A stretch of 64,000 nucleotides of DNA from Octopus vulgaris (GCA_951406725.2 OX597840.1:14694001-14758000); one strand, 5' to 3'; positions 40,792 through 55,059 are shown, numbered from the stretch's first letter. The notes: generated by a model from the sequence alone, not told the origin. Numbers and translations are program-made.

Positions 40792-42960
40792 TCATCATCA
40801 TCATCGTCGTTTAACGTCCATTTTCCATGCTGGCATGGGTTGGCTGGTTTGACTGAGGTCTGGAGAACCAGCGGCTGCACCAGGCTCCAATTTAATCTGC
40901 TAATGTTTCTACAGCGTAGTGGGTGCTTTTTATGTACCACCAACACAGGAGTCATTCAAGCAGGTCTGGCATTGATCACGTTCGGATGGTGCTTTTTACG
41001 TGCCACCAGCACGGCAACCAATCAGGGAGTACTGGCATCGGCCACATTCAGATGGTCTTTTTTACGTGTCACCAGCATGGGAGTCAGTCAGGCAGACCTG
41101 ACATTGACCATGTTCAGATGTGTTTTATACATACCACTTGAACAGGAGCTAGTCAGAGAGCATTGACTACAACTATGATTTTAGTTTTACTTGGCTCAAC
41201 AGGTCTTCTCAAGCATATCATATCACCCAACACATCAAGGGTACTCTTAAATGGGCCAGACATGCAACTCTGGCATTGGCCCTGGCTGCAATCTCACTTT
41301 GATTGCCAAGTCTTCTCAATCACAGCATATCTCCAAAGGTCTCAGTTTCCTGTCATTGCCTCTGTGAGGCCCAATGTTTAAAGGTAATACTTCACCACCT
41401 CATCCAACGTCTTCCTGGGTCTACCTCCTCCACAGGTTCCTTCCACAATTAGGGTGTGGCACTTCCTCACACACAGCTGTCCTCATCCATACATAACACA
41501 TGACCATACCAGCGCAGTCATCTCTCTTGCACACCACATTTGATGCTTCTTATGTCCAACTTTTCTCCCAGGGCATTCACACTCTGTCGTATATACACAC
41601 TGACATTACACATCCAGCGTATCATATTAGCTTCATTTCTTTCAAGCCTACCCATGTCCTCAGCAGTCATGGCCCTTGTTTTATTGCCATGTAGCATAGC
41701 AGTTTGCACACATCCATCATGCAGTCTACCTTTCATCCTGAACGAGAGGCCCTTAGTTTGCCCAGGTTATTCTTATTCTAGCTGCTACACTCTCAGAGCA
41801 ACCACACCCACTACAGACTTGGTCATCTAGGTAGTGGAATTTATCAACTACTTCTAGTTTTTCTCCCTGGCATGTGATAGAATCTGTTTTCTGTACATCT
41901 TCAGTGTTTATTTCCCCTGTGCAACTGCCACACACAAAAACTATCTTCCTAGTTTGCCTTCCTTTGATATTGCTGCACCTTTTATGTGTCCATAGCTTAC
42001 ACTAAGTACATCATATGGAGTTTCTACACATACCTTTTCTACAGATCGAACAGGGCCATCTACGTGTAGGGGTTTGGGATTTGACAGCCTTTCATTTTAC
42101 TAAAACTTTGGTTTTTCTTGGTTAACCCTAAGGCCCTTTAATTCTAGACCTTGCTTCCACACCCTAAATGTCATCTCTAGTTCTGGCAGTGACTTGGCTA
42201 TTAGAGCAAGGTCATAAGCATAGAGGAGCTCCCAAGGGCAGCCTGTCTTGTATTTTTCTGTTATTGGCTGGAGGACTATAATGAATGAGGGGTATGAGGA
42301 TGGATCCTTGGTGAACCCCTACCTCTACCTGGAATTCTTCACTATAATCGTTGCCAACCCTCACCTTACTGATAGCATCCCTATACAGGGCTTGCACAGC
42401 TCTTACCAACCACTAAACTACCCCCAGTTTCCTCATTCATTACTAGATAAGGGATCAGGGGAACCCTGTCAAAGACTTTTTCCAAGTCAACAAAAGCCAA
42501 GTACTGAGGTTTATCTCTCGCTAGATATTTCTCCTGCAGTTGTCTTAACAGAAATATAGTATCAGTGGTGCTTCTGCCTGGCACAAAGCCAAACTGCATC
42601 TCATCTAGGCTAACTTGCTCTCTAATTAGTTGGGCTATGACCCTCTCTGCAATTTCCATCACCTGATCCAATAATTTGCTACCCCTGCAGTTATTTCTGT
42701 CAAAAACATCACCTTTACATTTGTAGTAGTTGACTTATGATGCTGCTACACCAGTCATTGGGTATGACTCCTTCTTGAACTACCTGATTTATGAAGCGGT
42801 GATCCCTGATGGTCCAGGTGCTTTCCCTGTCTTCATATCCTTAATTGCTTTATCTACCAGGGTACTGTTGATTCAGGTAGCTGGGACCTCAATTGGGTCA
42901 ACCTTTGGTGGGCTCTCCTCCTCCCATTCATTCTCTACATTTAACAGTCTTTCATAATGG
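40792..42960 (-). mobile_element. 5'-truncated RTE-clade LINE with decayed reverse transcriptase
   Basis: QFGFVPGRSTTDTIFLLRQLQEKY...LAFVDLEKVFDRVP; VGVHQGSIL; decayed YADD region near 42215; MIRWMCNVS; 3' UTR repeats and (ATG)n tail. Confidence 0.93.
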
Positions 42961-42976
42961 CATCATGCACACATGC

Positions 42977-43056
<80 letters not shown>

Positions 43057-43058
43057 AT

Positions 43059-43090
<32 letters not shown>

Positions 43091-43146
43091 ATATATTATT
43101 GATTCTAGTTTCAGCTCACGAGCTGTGGCCATGCTGGGGCACCGCC

Positions 43147-43188
<42 letters not shown>

Positions 43189-43339
43189 TTCACTTGTTTC
43201 AGTCATTTGACTGTGGCCATGCTGGAGCACCGCCTTTAGCCGAGCAAATCGAAGTAACACAGCAGCATTGGTTGTCAAGCGATGCTGCGGGGGACAAACA
43301 TACACCCACAAAGGTATACACACACACATATATACATAC

Positions 43340-43392
<53 letters not shown>

Positions 43393-43546
43393 ACGGGCTT
43401 CTTTCAGTTTCCGTCTACCAAATTGACTCACAAGGCTTTGGTTGGCCCAAGGCTATAGCAGAAGACACTTGCCCAAGTTGCCACACAGTGGGACTGAACT
43501 CGGAACCATGTGGTTGGTAAGCAAGCTACTTACCACACAGCCACTC

Positions 43547-44382
43547 ATAGATAAACGTTTCACATGCATATATAGATACAGGCAATTATTTAACAGGCAC
43601 AACCTAAGGGTCTCCTCTAGTTGTGCACCTAACGTAAAAAGCATTTTAACAAGCAACCACAATACAAGGGAGGAGGCAGGTTGTTCTTGCAGGCTATAAA
43701 TTAACTGTCCACTAGGAAGCCGATGTGAGGCTGAAGGAGTCATCTATGAAGCTATGATGACACCTAGACCTGCTATCCACATTGGTAGCAATGTACCATC
43801 CAACAACAGTATTAGCAGATTAACCAGATCTAACACCAGTACAATCATTACAGCCTGAGATGATGACCAGTCCAAGACCAGCGTCACAGAGGACGTAACC
43901 AATAACCCCAACACCACTGCCACATATGCTGAACAAACCATTATCATAGACACAGATAGAGTGACCAAACCTGCACCATATGGTACCACAAGTACAATCG
44001 CTGCACCTAGAGATGATGACCAATCCAGGAGCAACAACACAGAGGAGGTATCCAGCATTCTCACTAACACCACCACAGATGATGACCAAACAATTATCAT
44101 TGACACTGATAGGATGACCAGCCGCACACCATATGTTACTACCAGCCAAACCAGCACTAATGCTGGCAGCTACATTACCAACCATATGACCAGAAAAACT
44201 GCTGGATCATCACACCATATAAGATAGCATCAGCAATGGTGTTAGCAGTAGCATCCCCAGGCCTGGAGCCTAGCAAAGATATACCAGGAGTGTGAATATA
44301 GCCATATCTCAGGTTTATGAATATATCGGATCAGCTAGGACATCTTTCAAATGACGCTTCTGCAACCACCAGTCATCCTTTG
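43547..44382 (+). mobile_element. Penelope-like element (Neptune-type) remnant: linker, Cys motif and GIY-YIG endonuclease with large insertion
   Basis: IDKRFTCIYRYRQLFNRHNLRVSSSCAPNVKSIL...CSCRL*INCPLGSRCEAEGVIYEA, then after ~574 nt and one frameshift YEYIGSARTSFK*RFCNHQSSF; matches the Neptune pattern IFNRNTVKVSYSC.PN...CNCR..CPL.G.C...VIY.A...YIG....FK.R..NH..SF. Confidence 0.88.
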
Positions 44383-44948
44383 GTTTGTTGACTTTAACCC
44401 TATTTTTCAAGTATCCATGATTGAGACCTTTTTGCACCCAGCCATTCAAAGCAGACCTCACACATGGTTCCAGCAAGATGGGGCAACTGCTCATATTTTG
44501 AGAGAAACAATGCAGTTGCTACAGCAGTGCTTTTGGAGAGAGAATAATTTCCCACTTCAGCATTTGTCAACTGGCCTTCCCCAGACTTGACTAGCCCGGA
44601 TTTTTTCTTGTAGGGATGCCTTAAAGAGAGGGTTTACATCAACAAACCAGAGACCCTGGTGCAACTGAAGAAGAACATCAATAGAGAAATCAGAGAAGTG
44701 GTGTCTGAAACTATTGAGGGTGTTATGATGGTGTTTTGGAAAGAGTATGAGCATGCAAAGCCGAAAATGACTGCCACAATTAAGCGATGTCCTTTTTCAA
44801 ATGTGATGTTGGGGTGTTGCAAAATTTGACTTGTGCATCTTAATTTCCATTCTGTCCTTTATATTGTATCAAAATTTCCTGCATTTATTTGTAAAGTTAA
44901 GGAAGTTATTAAAAATTGAAACCCATCAGTGACTTTTGGGACACCCTA
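44383..44948 (+). mobile_element. Tc1/mariner-superfamily (maT/rosa-like) remnant
   Basis: WFQQDGATAH; terminus acttttgggacacccta-TA; homologous to 21914-22920. Confidence 0.85.
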
Positions 44949-44996
44949 TATATATAGATATACTCTTTATATAAAAGCAGCAGAAATATAACAAAA

Positions 44997-45034
44997 GCTG
45001 TTACTCAGAGTTTCACGTTCCCGTTCATCGGACA
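44997..45034 (-). ncRNA. Minimal type I hammerhead-like motif (U4C variant) in a fold-back
   Basis: Minus strand TGT-CCGATGA-ACG(GGAA)CGT-GAAA-CTC(T)GAG-TA-ACA; enclosed by a 36-bp inverted repeat at 44960-44995/45035-45070. Confidence 0.7.
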
Positions 45035-45134
45035 TTTGTTATATTTCTGATGCTTTTAAATAAAGCGTATTACTCTACCTCTGGTATTTGTGTACTCTTT
45101 TTTCCACCTTGTTTCACATTTATGTGCTTACTCT

Positions 45135-45197
<63 letters not shown>

Positions 45198-45304
45198 TTA
45201 AATAATGAGGGAGATAAATTTAATATTAATTCAATTAATATCAATTTAAAACCAGTAGCCTAACATACAAAAATCTGAAAAATCAGAGAAAATTCTAATA
45301 CATG

Positions 45305-45410
45305 TGTATATTTAAAGGGCAGAACCACTAGGTGGTCAGCCGTATGCTAGTAGGTGATCTACTTCTAGCATACGGCTGACCATCTAGTGGTTCTGCCCTT
45401 TAAATATACA
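45305..45410. repeat. Fold-back palindrome, 46-bp arms, next to (TA)n
   Basis: tgtatatttaaagggcagaaccactaggtggtcagccgtatgctag / ctagcatacggctgaccatctagtggttctgccctttaaatataca, 1 mismatch. Confidence 0.9.
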
Positions 45411-45690
45411 TATATATATGTATGTATGTATGTATGTATGCATGCATGCATGCATGTATGTATATATGTATACTAAGGTGGCAAACTGGTAGAATCATAT
45501 GCACACCAGGCAAAATTCTTTGTGGCATTTCGTTCATCTTTATGTAGTGAGTTCAAATGCTACTGAGGTCAACTTTGCCATATATTTTTCTGGAGTCGAT
45601 AAAATAAATACCAGTTAAATACTGGGGAGGGGTCAATATAATCGATTTCTCCCCTACACCTGAACTTGCTAGCCTTGTGCCACACACGCA

Positions 45691-45743
<53 letters not shown>

Positions 45744-46279
45744 TTATATAAATGAGGATAAGATCGTTAATTTAATTATCGATCTTATCAAGTTGCCAGC
45801 ATTGGAATAAAAACCTTCAAAGGTAATAATTATTATTAAAATTATAATTTAGGGTATCTCTTAGATACCCTAAATTATAACATATATATAAATATTTGTG
45901 TGTAGTGTAAAATTCTGGAATTTCCTGGAAACTAACGATAGTTTGTGGTACTACTAACTTATGCATACAGACACACAGACACACACTGCACACACACGCT
46001 TCTGCGACACTGCTGTCAACACCAACTGCACATCTGTGCACAATTTTGTCGCAGTAATATCCATTGCACAGATGCAACATGCAGGTGTCGTGCACTTACG
46101 TGACACTTACAGATGCAGACTTGACACACATTAAGTTGACACGCACAGATGTGTGCGCAAAAACTAATGCAGTTAGTTACATCGATTCTGCGCTGTGCAA
46201 CGACAGTAACTGCATTGAGAATGTCAGCTGTAATGATGACGAGATTGTCATCGTGGTTGTCATCGCGTATGTTCAACGA

Positions 46280-47530
46280 TGCTGCCACCACCACCACCAT
46301 CATCATCATCACTATCATCATCATGATGACGACAACGACCACCACCACCTCCATTATCATCGTTCACCATGGCCATCATCATCACCACCACCACCACCAC
46401 GCCACCAACACCATCGTCACTAATACAGCCTCAGTCATCATCATTATCATAAGCACCACCATAATCACTACCACCACCCTCATCATCATCATCATCACCA
46501 CCACCTCCATTATGACCATCATTGTCATCATCATCAACATCATCACCACCACCCCCACACCACCAACACTATCATCGCCAGCACAGCCACCATCTTCATT
46601 ATTATCACCATCGCCACTACCATCAACACCACCGTCATCATCATCATCATCCTCATCAGCAGCAGCAGCACCACCACCATGATCACCATAAACACTAATA
46701 CCACAACCATCATCGTCATCATCATCATCTTCAACTAAAGTGATGACAGTGACACACTGGTAGAAAGGGGGGGGAGTGATGGGGGACAACAACTCCAGCA
46801 GAGCTTAATGATAATAGCAATGTGAGGCAAGTAAAGGGGATGACATCACCATCATCAACATCACCATCATCATCATCATCATCATTGTCACTACCACTGT
46901 CATTGGTCATCACCATCATCATCGTTGTCATCAATATCATCAAGAGTGACATAAAGACAGAGAGAGAAGTTGGAGGGGGAGAATCAGCAATTGATATAAC
47001 CACAACAACAACAACAGCAGCGTTTGGGCATCATTTGGAGACATCGTCATCGTCATCATAAAGAACAGTGACAAGTGCAATAGCGCAACAACTGCAACAA
47101 CATCAACAGCAACAACAACAACTAGTGTCATGGTAATGAAACAAAACAATAGCAAGAAATAAGTTAAGTGCATTGACAGCAGCATCAACAACATAAACTA
47201 AACCCCCACCCACCCCCGCCACCACTACCACCACTTTCGCCGCCGCCACTGCCATCACCACCTCCACCCCTACCACTACCATCATCGGCTCCTGTCAACA
47301 ACAGTAACATCAACAATAACACACAGAGTAGAATAGCAAAACTGTTGACGACATTTACGGCAATTTAACTAAACGTGATGTTGACAACGATAATGATGAG
47401 GATGATGACGATGACGGTGGTGGTGGTGGTGGTGGTGGTGGTGGTGGTGGTGGTTGCAGTGATGAACATGATGAATGTGTTGTGACCGCGATGACAACGA
47501 CGATGATGATTATGATGATGATGACAGTAA
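46280..47530. repeat. Degenerate (CAT/CAC/CAA)n and (GGT/GAT)n trinucleotide low-complexity region
   Basis: Cryptic trinucleotide repeats; no sustained non-repetitive ORF. Confidence 0.85.
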
Positions 47531-47864
47531 TACAATTATGGTTTCCCTTCTGTGTTCACAGTGTTGTGCTGGGGAATTGTTTTCTCACTTCACCAAATCC
47601 TGGGTGGCAGAGGGGCCAGAACAACATCAAACAATACACCTTCCTTCCTTCCCTTATAATCACCAGCTTTTTTGTCTCTCCAAAACTCCACCCCTTTCAG
47701 GGTATTATGTTGTTTAAATTTTGTTGTCAGTTGTTATTGGTTTTTTTTTTATTGTCCACAGACTTTTTTTTTGTGTGCGTGTGTGCTAAGTCCCACTTGT
47801 CCTTTGATTTGTATCATCATTTTTTTGTTTTGTAATTGGCCCTTCTGGCCAATAAAAGAAAATT

Positions 47865-48940
47865 GAGCACTGGAGTGAATGTAATTAACATACGGGCTTC
47901 CCTGAAATTGCTGACCTTGTGCCAAAATTAGAAACCATTATTATTATTATTATTATTATTAACATGATTATTGTTGTTGTTGTTGTTGTTAAGGTGGTGA
48001 GCAGGCAGAATCATTAGCATGCTGGACAAAATGCTTAATAGTATTTCGCCCGTCGCTACGTTCTGGGTTCAAATTCCACCGAGGTCAACTTTGCCTTTCA
48101 TCCCTTCGAGGTCAATAAATTAAGTACCAGTGAAACACTGAGGGATCAATGTAATCAACCAGTCCTCTCCTTCAAAAATATCAGGCCTTGTGCCTAGAGT
48201 AGAAAGGACTATTTATTATTATTATTATTATTATTATTAGTAGTAGTAGTAGTAGTAGTAGTAGTGGAAGTGGTGGTGGTGGTATTCAAAGGCGGTGAGC
48301 TGACAGAATTGTTAGCATGCCAGGCAAAATGTTTCAAGGTATTTCGTGTTCTGAGTTCAAATTCCGCTGAGGTCGACTTTACCTATCATCATTTTGGTGT
48401 CAATAAATAAAGTACCAGTGGCATACTGGGGTTCAATGTAATTGAGTAGATCCCTCCACCAAAATTTCAGGCCTTGTGCCTTTAGTGAAAAGATTATTGT
48501 CGTCGTCAACATCATCATCATCATCATCGTCATATTTTGTAATGTCTAATCTTACATTTGTTGGCCCTTGTGGCTAATAGAGAAAGGATTATTATTATTA
48601 TTATTATTATTATTAATATTTGCCTTTCATCCTTTCGGGATCAATAAATTAAGTACCAGTTGCGTACTGGGATCGATCTAAAAATTTTGGGACTTGTGCC
48701 TAGAGTAGAATAGAAAAGGTTGTTGTTGTTGTTGTTATTAAGGTGGTGAGCTGGTAGAATCGTTAGCACGCCGGACAAAATGCTTGATGGTATTTCGCCC
48801 GTCGTTATGTTCTGAGTTCAAATTACACCAAGGTCGACTTTGCCATTCATCCTTTAGGGGTCAATAAATTAAGTACCAGTTGCGTACTGAGATCGATCTA
48901 AAAATTTCAGGCCTTGTGCCTAGAGAAGAATAGAAAAGCT
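47865..48940 (+). mobile_element. Cluster of five family B SINE copies/fragments separated by (TTA)/(TTG) runs
   Basis: Heads aaggyggtgagc at ~47991, 48289 and 48740; fragments at ~47865 and 48619. Confidence 0.85.
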
Positions 48941-49890
48941 TATTGTTATTATCATTATTATTATCATTTCCTTATTTGCTGATATCTCTGTGACAACACT
49001 CGCCACCACCACCATACATACACCTTTTATGGACCCTATCTTTCCAACAGCCCCTACATCCGTTGTTCTCCAGCCTCCACTACACCTTTTCATCTTTCTT
49101 TTTCTTGTTCAACTTTTAATCAGACTTACATCTGCATCACTCTTCTTTCTTTTAGTCTCCACCGCGTTCTTCTTCTTCATCTTCTCCTTCTCCTTTTTCT
49201 TCTTCTTCTACTTCTCCTTCTTCTATTTCTCTTTCTTCTTCTTCTTCTCCTCCTTCTCTTCTTCTTCTGCTTCTTCTTCTCCTCCTTCTTCTTCTCCTCC
49301 TTCTTCTACTTCTCCTCCTTCTTCTTCTTCTCCTTCTTCTTCTCCTCCTTCTTCTTCTCCCCTCCTCCTCCTCCTCCTTCTTCTTCTTCTCCTTCTCCAT
49401 CTTCTTCTTCTTCTTCTTCTTCTACTTCTCCTCCTCCTCCTTCTCCTCCCTCCTCACTTTCTTCAACATTGCTATTGTTGTTGCTGTCATAATCCTTTAT
49501 CCTCCTCTTCCTCCTCCTCCTCCACATTCCTTTTGTTGTATTTACTCTTAATGTTATTCTCCTTGTTGCTGTTGTCATCGTCGTCGTTGCTCGTTGCTGT
49601 TATGCATGGCTGCACACAGTTGCACACAGGTTTCCATACAGTGTTGCTGCCATTACTGCAGCATCTGTGGCATTTGGCAGCAGGAGGGAGGGGAAGAGTA
49701 GGAGGTGGGGGAGTAAGTGGGGGTGGAGGTGGAGGAGGAGGTGGGGGCATTCCCCAAGGAACTGTAGTAGTAGTATTAGCAGCAGTAGTAGTGGGAGTAG
49801 TGGTGGCAGTGGTGGCGGTGTGGCATTGCTCAATGACAGTACAGGTGCATTGTTTGGTGAAGTGCAGTGTGGTGGGTGTGTATGATATAC

Positions 49891-49928
<38 letters not shown>

Positions 49929-50062
49929 ACATACATGCATGCATATATATGAATATATATATATATAAATACATACGTATACAAATATATATATACATAT
50001 ATATGTATATATATATATATATATATATAGATAGATAGATAGAGTTATATACACACAGGCAC

Positions 50063-50101
<39 letters not shown>

Positions 50102-50329
50102 CACACACACACGTGCACACAAATACTCATACATATATTACTTATATTTCTGCAAATGTGTATGTTTATGTATGTGTGTGTGTGAATGTGTATATATATA
50201 TGTATGTATATATCTATGTATATATACATATATGTATATATTTATAAATGAGGGTGAAAAATTGATATTAATTTAATAATACCATTAATTTAACACCGTA
50301 TATCATCATCATCATCATATATATATATG

Positions 50330-50361
<32 letters not shown>

Positions 50362-50545
50362 TGAATATATATATGTTTATATATGTATATATATATATAT
50401 ATATACATATATATTTATATATGTATCTATGCATGTGTGCGTGTGTGTGAATGATTGTCCGTTACAATTATTACAGGTATGTTTTTCAACTGATAGAAAG
50501 CACAATCAATGCAAGTCACCGAACTTACAGATTTATTAAAACCAA

Positions 50546-50580
<35 letters not shown>

Positions 50581-50744
50581 AAGATAGAGAGAGTGGCCAT
50601 GTGGTATGTAGCTTGCTTACCAACTACATGGTTCTGGGTTCAGTCCCACTGCATGACACCTTGGAGTAGTGACTTCAACTTTATCTTCAGGCTGACCAAA
50701 GCCTTGTGAGTAGATTTGGTAGATGGAAACTGAAAGAAGCTTAT

Positions 50745-50797
<53 letters not shown>

Positions 50798-51568
50798 TTG
50801 TCCTCCCCACCTTTGCTTGACAACCGATGCTGGTGTGTTTATGTCCTTGTAACCAAGCAGTTCAGCAAAAGAGACCAATAGAATAAGTACTAGGCTTACA
50901 AAGAATAAGTCCTGGGGTCGATTTCCTTGACTAAAGTAAATGCTCCAGCATGGCCACAGTCAAATAACTGAAACAAATAAAAGAATATATATATATATAT
51001 ATATATATAAACGTAAGGGGGATCAGCCATCTGAATGTGGCTAGGGACAGGGCGGGGTGGTGGGGGTGTTACTGATGCTTTTAGCCCCAGGCGATCATCA
51101 ACGTCACCAGAAGGGCTGACACCATCTCAGTGTCCTTGTTTGCCTGCAAAGGGAGGTCATCCTCCCTCGAAGATACGAATACTACATACGGACCGGTTGT
51201 ATATATACATATATATATATATATTTATATATTTAACTCTGTGTGTATATATGTAATGTATTTGTATATATATATATATAAAAATGTCATTATCATCAGT
51301 GTTTTGAACATCCACTCCTGCATGGTTGCATTGGTCAGGCAAAGTTTATTGAGGCAGATTTTGCTATGGCTGGATGTCCTTCCTGTCACCAACCTTTGCT
51401 TGTGTCTATGCAAGGTAAAATTTTTCTCTCAGCTCCCCCCCCCCCCCCCACGGGTTGGATACGTTTCCTTTGAAGCTCCGAAATGAATGAAACCACTTGT
51501 ATTTCAGGGATGTTTGTGCACAGTTCCAACAAAATGTGAAGTGAAGGATACTTAAATGCATGCCGACT

Positions 51569-51611
<43 letters not shown>

Positions 51612-51728
51612 ATATACACACACACACACACATGCATACACATCCATCTATATGTATATGGTTACAGATGTGCATACCTACATACATCATACATACATCA
51701 CACACATATACATACATACATACATACA

Positions 51729-51788
<60 letters not shown>

Positions 51789-52460
51789 CTCATACGCACA
51801 TACATGCATATGTATATACATACATACAAGCCTGTATACGTACATATATATATACACACATGCACACACATATCTATATACATTTCAACCTGAAACTGCA
51901 TAACTGGCATTTGAACTCTTTAACCATGCACCTTTGTCTATACGCCCACAAATCATCATCATCATCATCATCGTTTAACATCAGCTTTCCATGCTAGCAT
52001 GGGTTGGACAGTTTGACTGAGGGCTGGCGAGCCAGAAGGCTGCACCATGCTCCAATCTGATCTGGCAAAGTTTCTTCAGCTGGATGCCCTTCTTCACGCC
52101 AGCCACTCTGGGAGTGTAGTGGGTGCTTTTCACGTGCCATCAGTACAAGGGCCAGTCAGGCAGCACTAGCAACGACCACGCTTGAATGGTGTTTTCTATG
52201 TGCTACCAGCACACAATATATATATATACGGTAATAACGGATTTTTTAGAGATTTCTATCGGCTTGTTTCGAGAAGCATAAATTATAATGGTTATTGACA
52301 ATTTTGTCTTTTTTTGGCATATTTGGCATTAGAATTTTTCTTTTGCCCTTATTTTATAAGTTATATATAAATTTAACCTTTAAAGGTATTTTTTGATATG
52401 CTGGCTATTGATAAAAATTTTTTTCGAAAAAAGAAAGAAAATTTTATCCTACATTAGTTG

Positions 52461-52508
<48 letters not shown>

Positions 52509-52882
52509 CTCTTCCTGTTTATTTCTGGATTCCTTTCTGTCAAAGAGCATAGGCTCAAAACATAAAAGACTTTCTCACTTCCCAACAATTAAATTAATAC
52601 ATCTGTTTACACACCTGTCTTTGTATTTTCTTTTTTTGTAAAGTCTCACTATATATATGTATATGCTCTCTTTTACTCTCTTTTACTTGCTTCAGTCATT
52701 TGACTGTGGCCATGTTGGAGCACTGCCCTTAGTCAAGCAAATCAACCCCAGGACTTATTGTTTGTAAGCCTAGTACTTATTCTATCGGTCTCTTTTGCCG
52801 AACTGCTAAGTTATGGGGATGTAAACACACCAGCATAGGTTGTCGAGCGATGTTGGGGAGACAAACACAGACACACAAACAT

Positions 52883-52922
<40 letters not shown>

Positions 52923-53105
52923 ACACATATATATACACACATATACAATGGGCTTCTTTCAGTTTCCCTCTACCAAATCCACTCACAAGGCTCTGGTCAG
53001 CCCAAGGCTATAGTAGAAGACACTTGCCCAAGTTACCATGCAGTGGGACTGAACCTGCAACCATGTGGTTGGTAAGCAAGCTATGTAACCATACAGCCAC
53101 TCCTA

Positions 53106-53144
<39 letters not shown>

Positions 53145-53145
53145 T

Positions 53146-53190
<45 letters not shown>

Positions 53191-54289
53191 TCTCTTTCTC
53201 TCTCTTTTACTTGTTTCAGTCATTTGACTGCGGCCATGCTGGAGCACCGCCTTTAGTTGAGCAAATTGACCCCGGGACTTATTCTTTGTAAGCCCAGTAC
53301 TTATTCTATCAGTCTCTTTTGCCAAACCGCTAAGTGACGGGGACGTAAACACCCAGTGTCAATATTGTATGAGCTGCAGCCCCATCATCAAAGACAATCC
53401 AGTCACAACCACACCATCTTCTAAACACTACATAGGACTTGGTTGTCCAGTGTCTCCTTTATTTTTAAGGCAGCTGGGTTTTGGCTGTTGTGTCTAGCAT
53501 ATAGAGCAACCACTTACAGGTTAAGCTCTCTTTCTCTCTCTCCCTCTCTCTCTCCTCTTATAGTTGTTGTTGCTGCTGCCACTGCTGCTGCTGAAAGCGG
53601 CTGCTGATTGGTGTTGATTGGTGTTGCTGTTGTTGTTGTTTTTATTGCTGTTGTGGTCATTGTTGTGATTCTTGTTGTTGTGTTTGGCGTCTCTTTTAAA
53701 CCTGGATCACAGCATGTAAGGAACATTGACTGGAGTTTACCACCACAACCGCCACCACCACTACCACCGCCACCACCACTACCACCACTACTACTACTAC
53801 TACTACCATTGCAACTATTGATACTATTACACTATACAGCTACTATTTCTTTCAATGCTAATACTACCACCACCACCACTATTACCAATACTACTACTAA
53901 TACAACGACTGCTACTGTTACTAATTTAATAAATACTACTACTACTACTGTTGTTAATTGCAACAATAACATTAGCATTTCGTCTCTATCCCCTTTCCTC
54001 TTACTTCTCCTCTTTCCTTCTACTCTTCCTCTCCCCCCCTCCTTGCTAAAGGGCTCTTCTAGCTATGAAAGGAATGAGAGGAGGTGGAGGAGGCACTAGA
54101 GAGGTGTTTAGATGCAGATTACGGCACACACACACACACACACACACCACTATAGTCAGGAATCCAACACACACACACACACACATACACAGTAATACAA
54201 TTGCATATACATTCATACAATCACACACACACACAGATATACACACAGACACACACACACGCACTACAAAACTCATTCACACACATTAA

Positions 54290-54860
54290 TGCACACACAG
54301 ACACACACATGCACATACACATACACACACATAAATGCACACACAAACACATACACATACACACACATAAATGCACACACAGACACACACATGCACATAC
54401 ACTTACACACACATAAATGCACACACAAACACATACACATACACACACACAAATGCACACACAGACACACACATGCACATACACATACACACACATAAAT
54501 GAACACACAGATAAATGCACACACAGACACACAGATAAATGCACACAGACACACACATACACATAAATGCACACACAGACACACACACATACACACAGAT
54601 AAATGCACACACAGACACACATGCACATACACATACACACACATAAATGCACACACAGACACACACACTTACACACAGATAAATGCACACACATACACAC
54701 ACATGCACATACACATACATAAATGCACACACAGACACACAGATAAATGCACACACATACACACACATGCACATACACATACACACACATAAATACACAC
54801 ACAGACACACACATAAATGCACACACAGACACACATACACATACACACACATAAATGCAC
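54290..54860. repeat. Compound CA-rich minisatellite (ataaatgcacacacagacacac units)
   Basis: Recurrent ataaatgcacac every ~20-55 nt within (CA)n. Confidence 0.9.
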
Positions 54861-55025
54861 AAACAAACGCATGTACACTTACACACTATGACAGTCTCAC
54901 ATATATCCCCTCCACCAGTATATTACTGGTATACATTTTCTGATGGTATTTCTCACCCTGCCCCATCAACCTCACCAATTCCTTCAACATCTTTCTCATC
55001 TTTCCTTTAACACACAAGTTTACAC

Positions 55026-55059
<34 letters not shown>

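Noticed and set aside
43744-44227. Thr/Asp-rich repeat ORF as a host mucin-like exon
   Set aside because: In frame with upstream Neptune-type PLE motifs and followed by the YIG motif, so better explained as part of the retroelement
48990-49984. 320-aa + strand and Pro/Cys-rich - strand ORFs
   Set aside because: Built mostly from (CTT/CCT), (GGA) and (GTA) repeats; no convincing splice acceptor or domain
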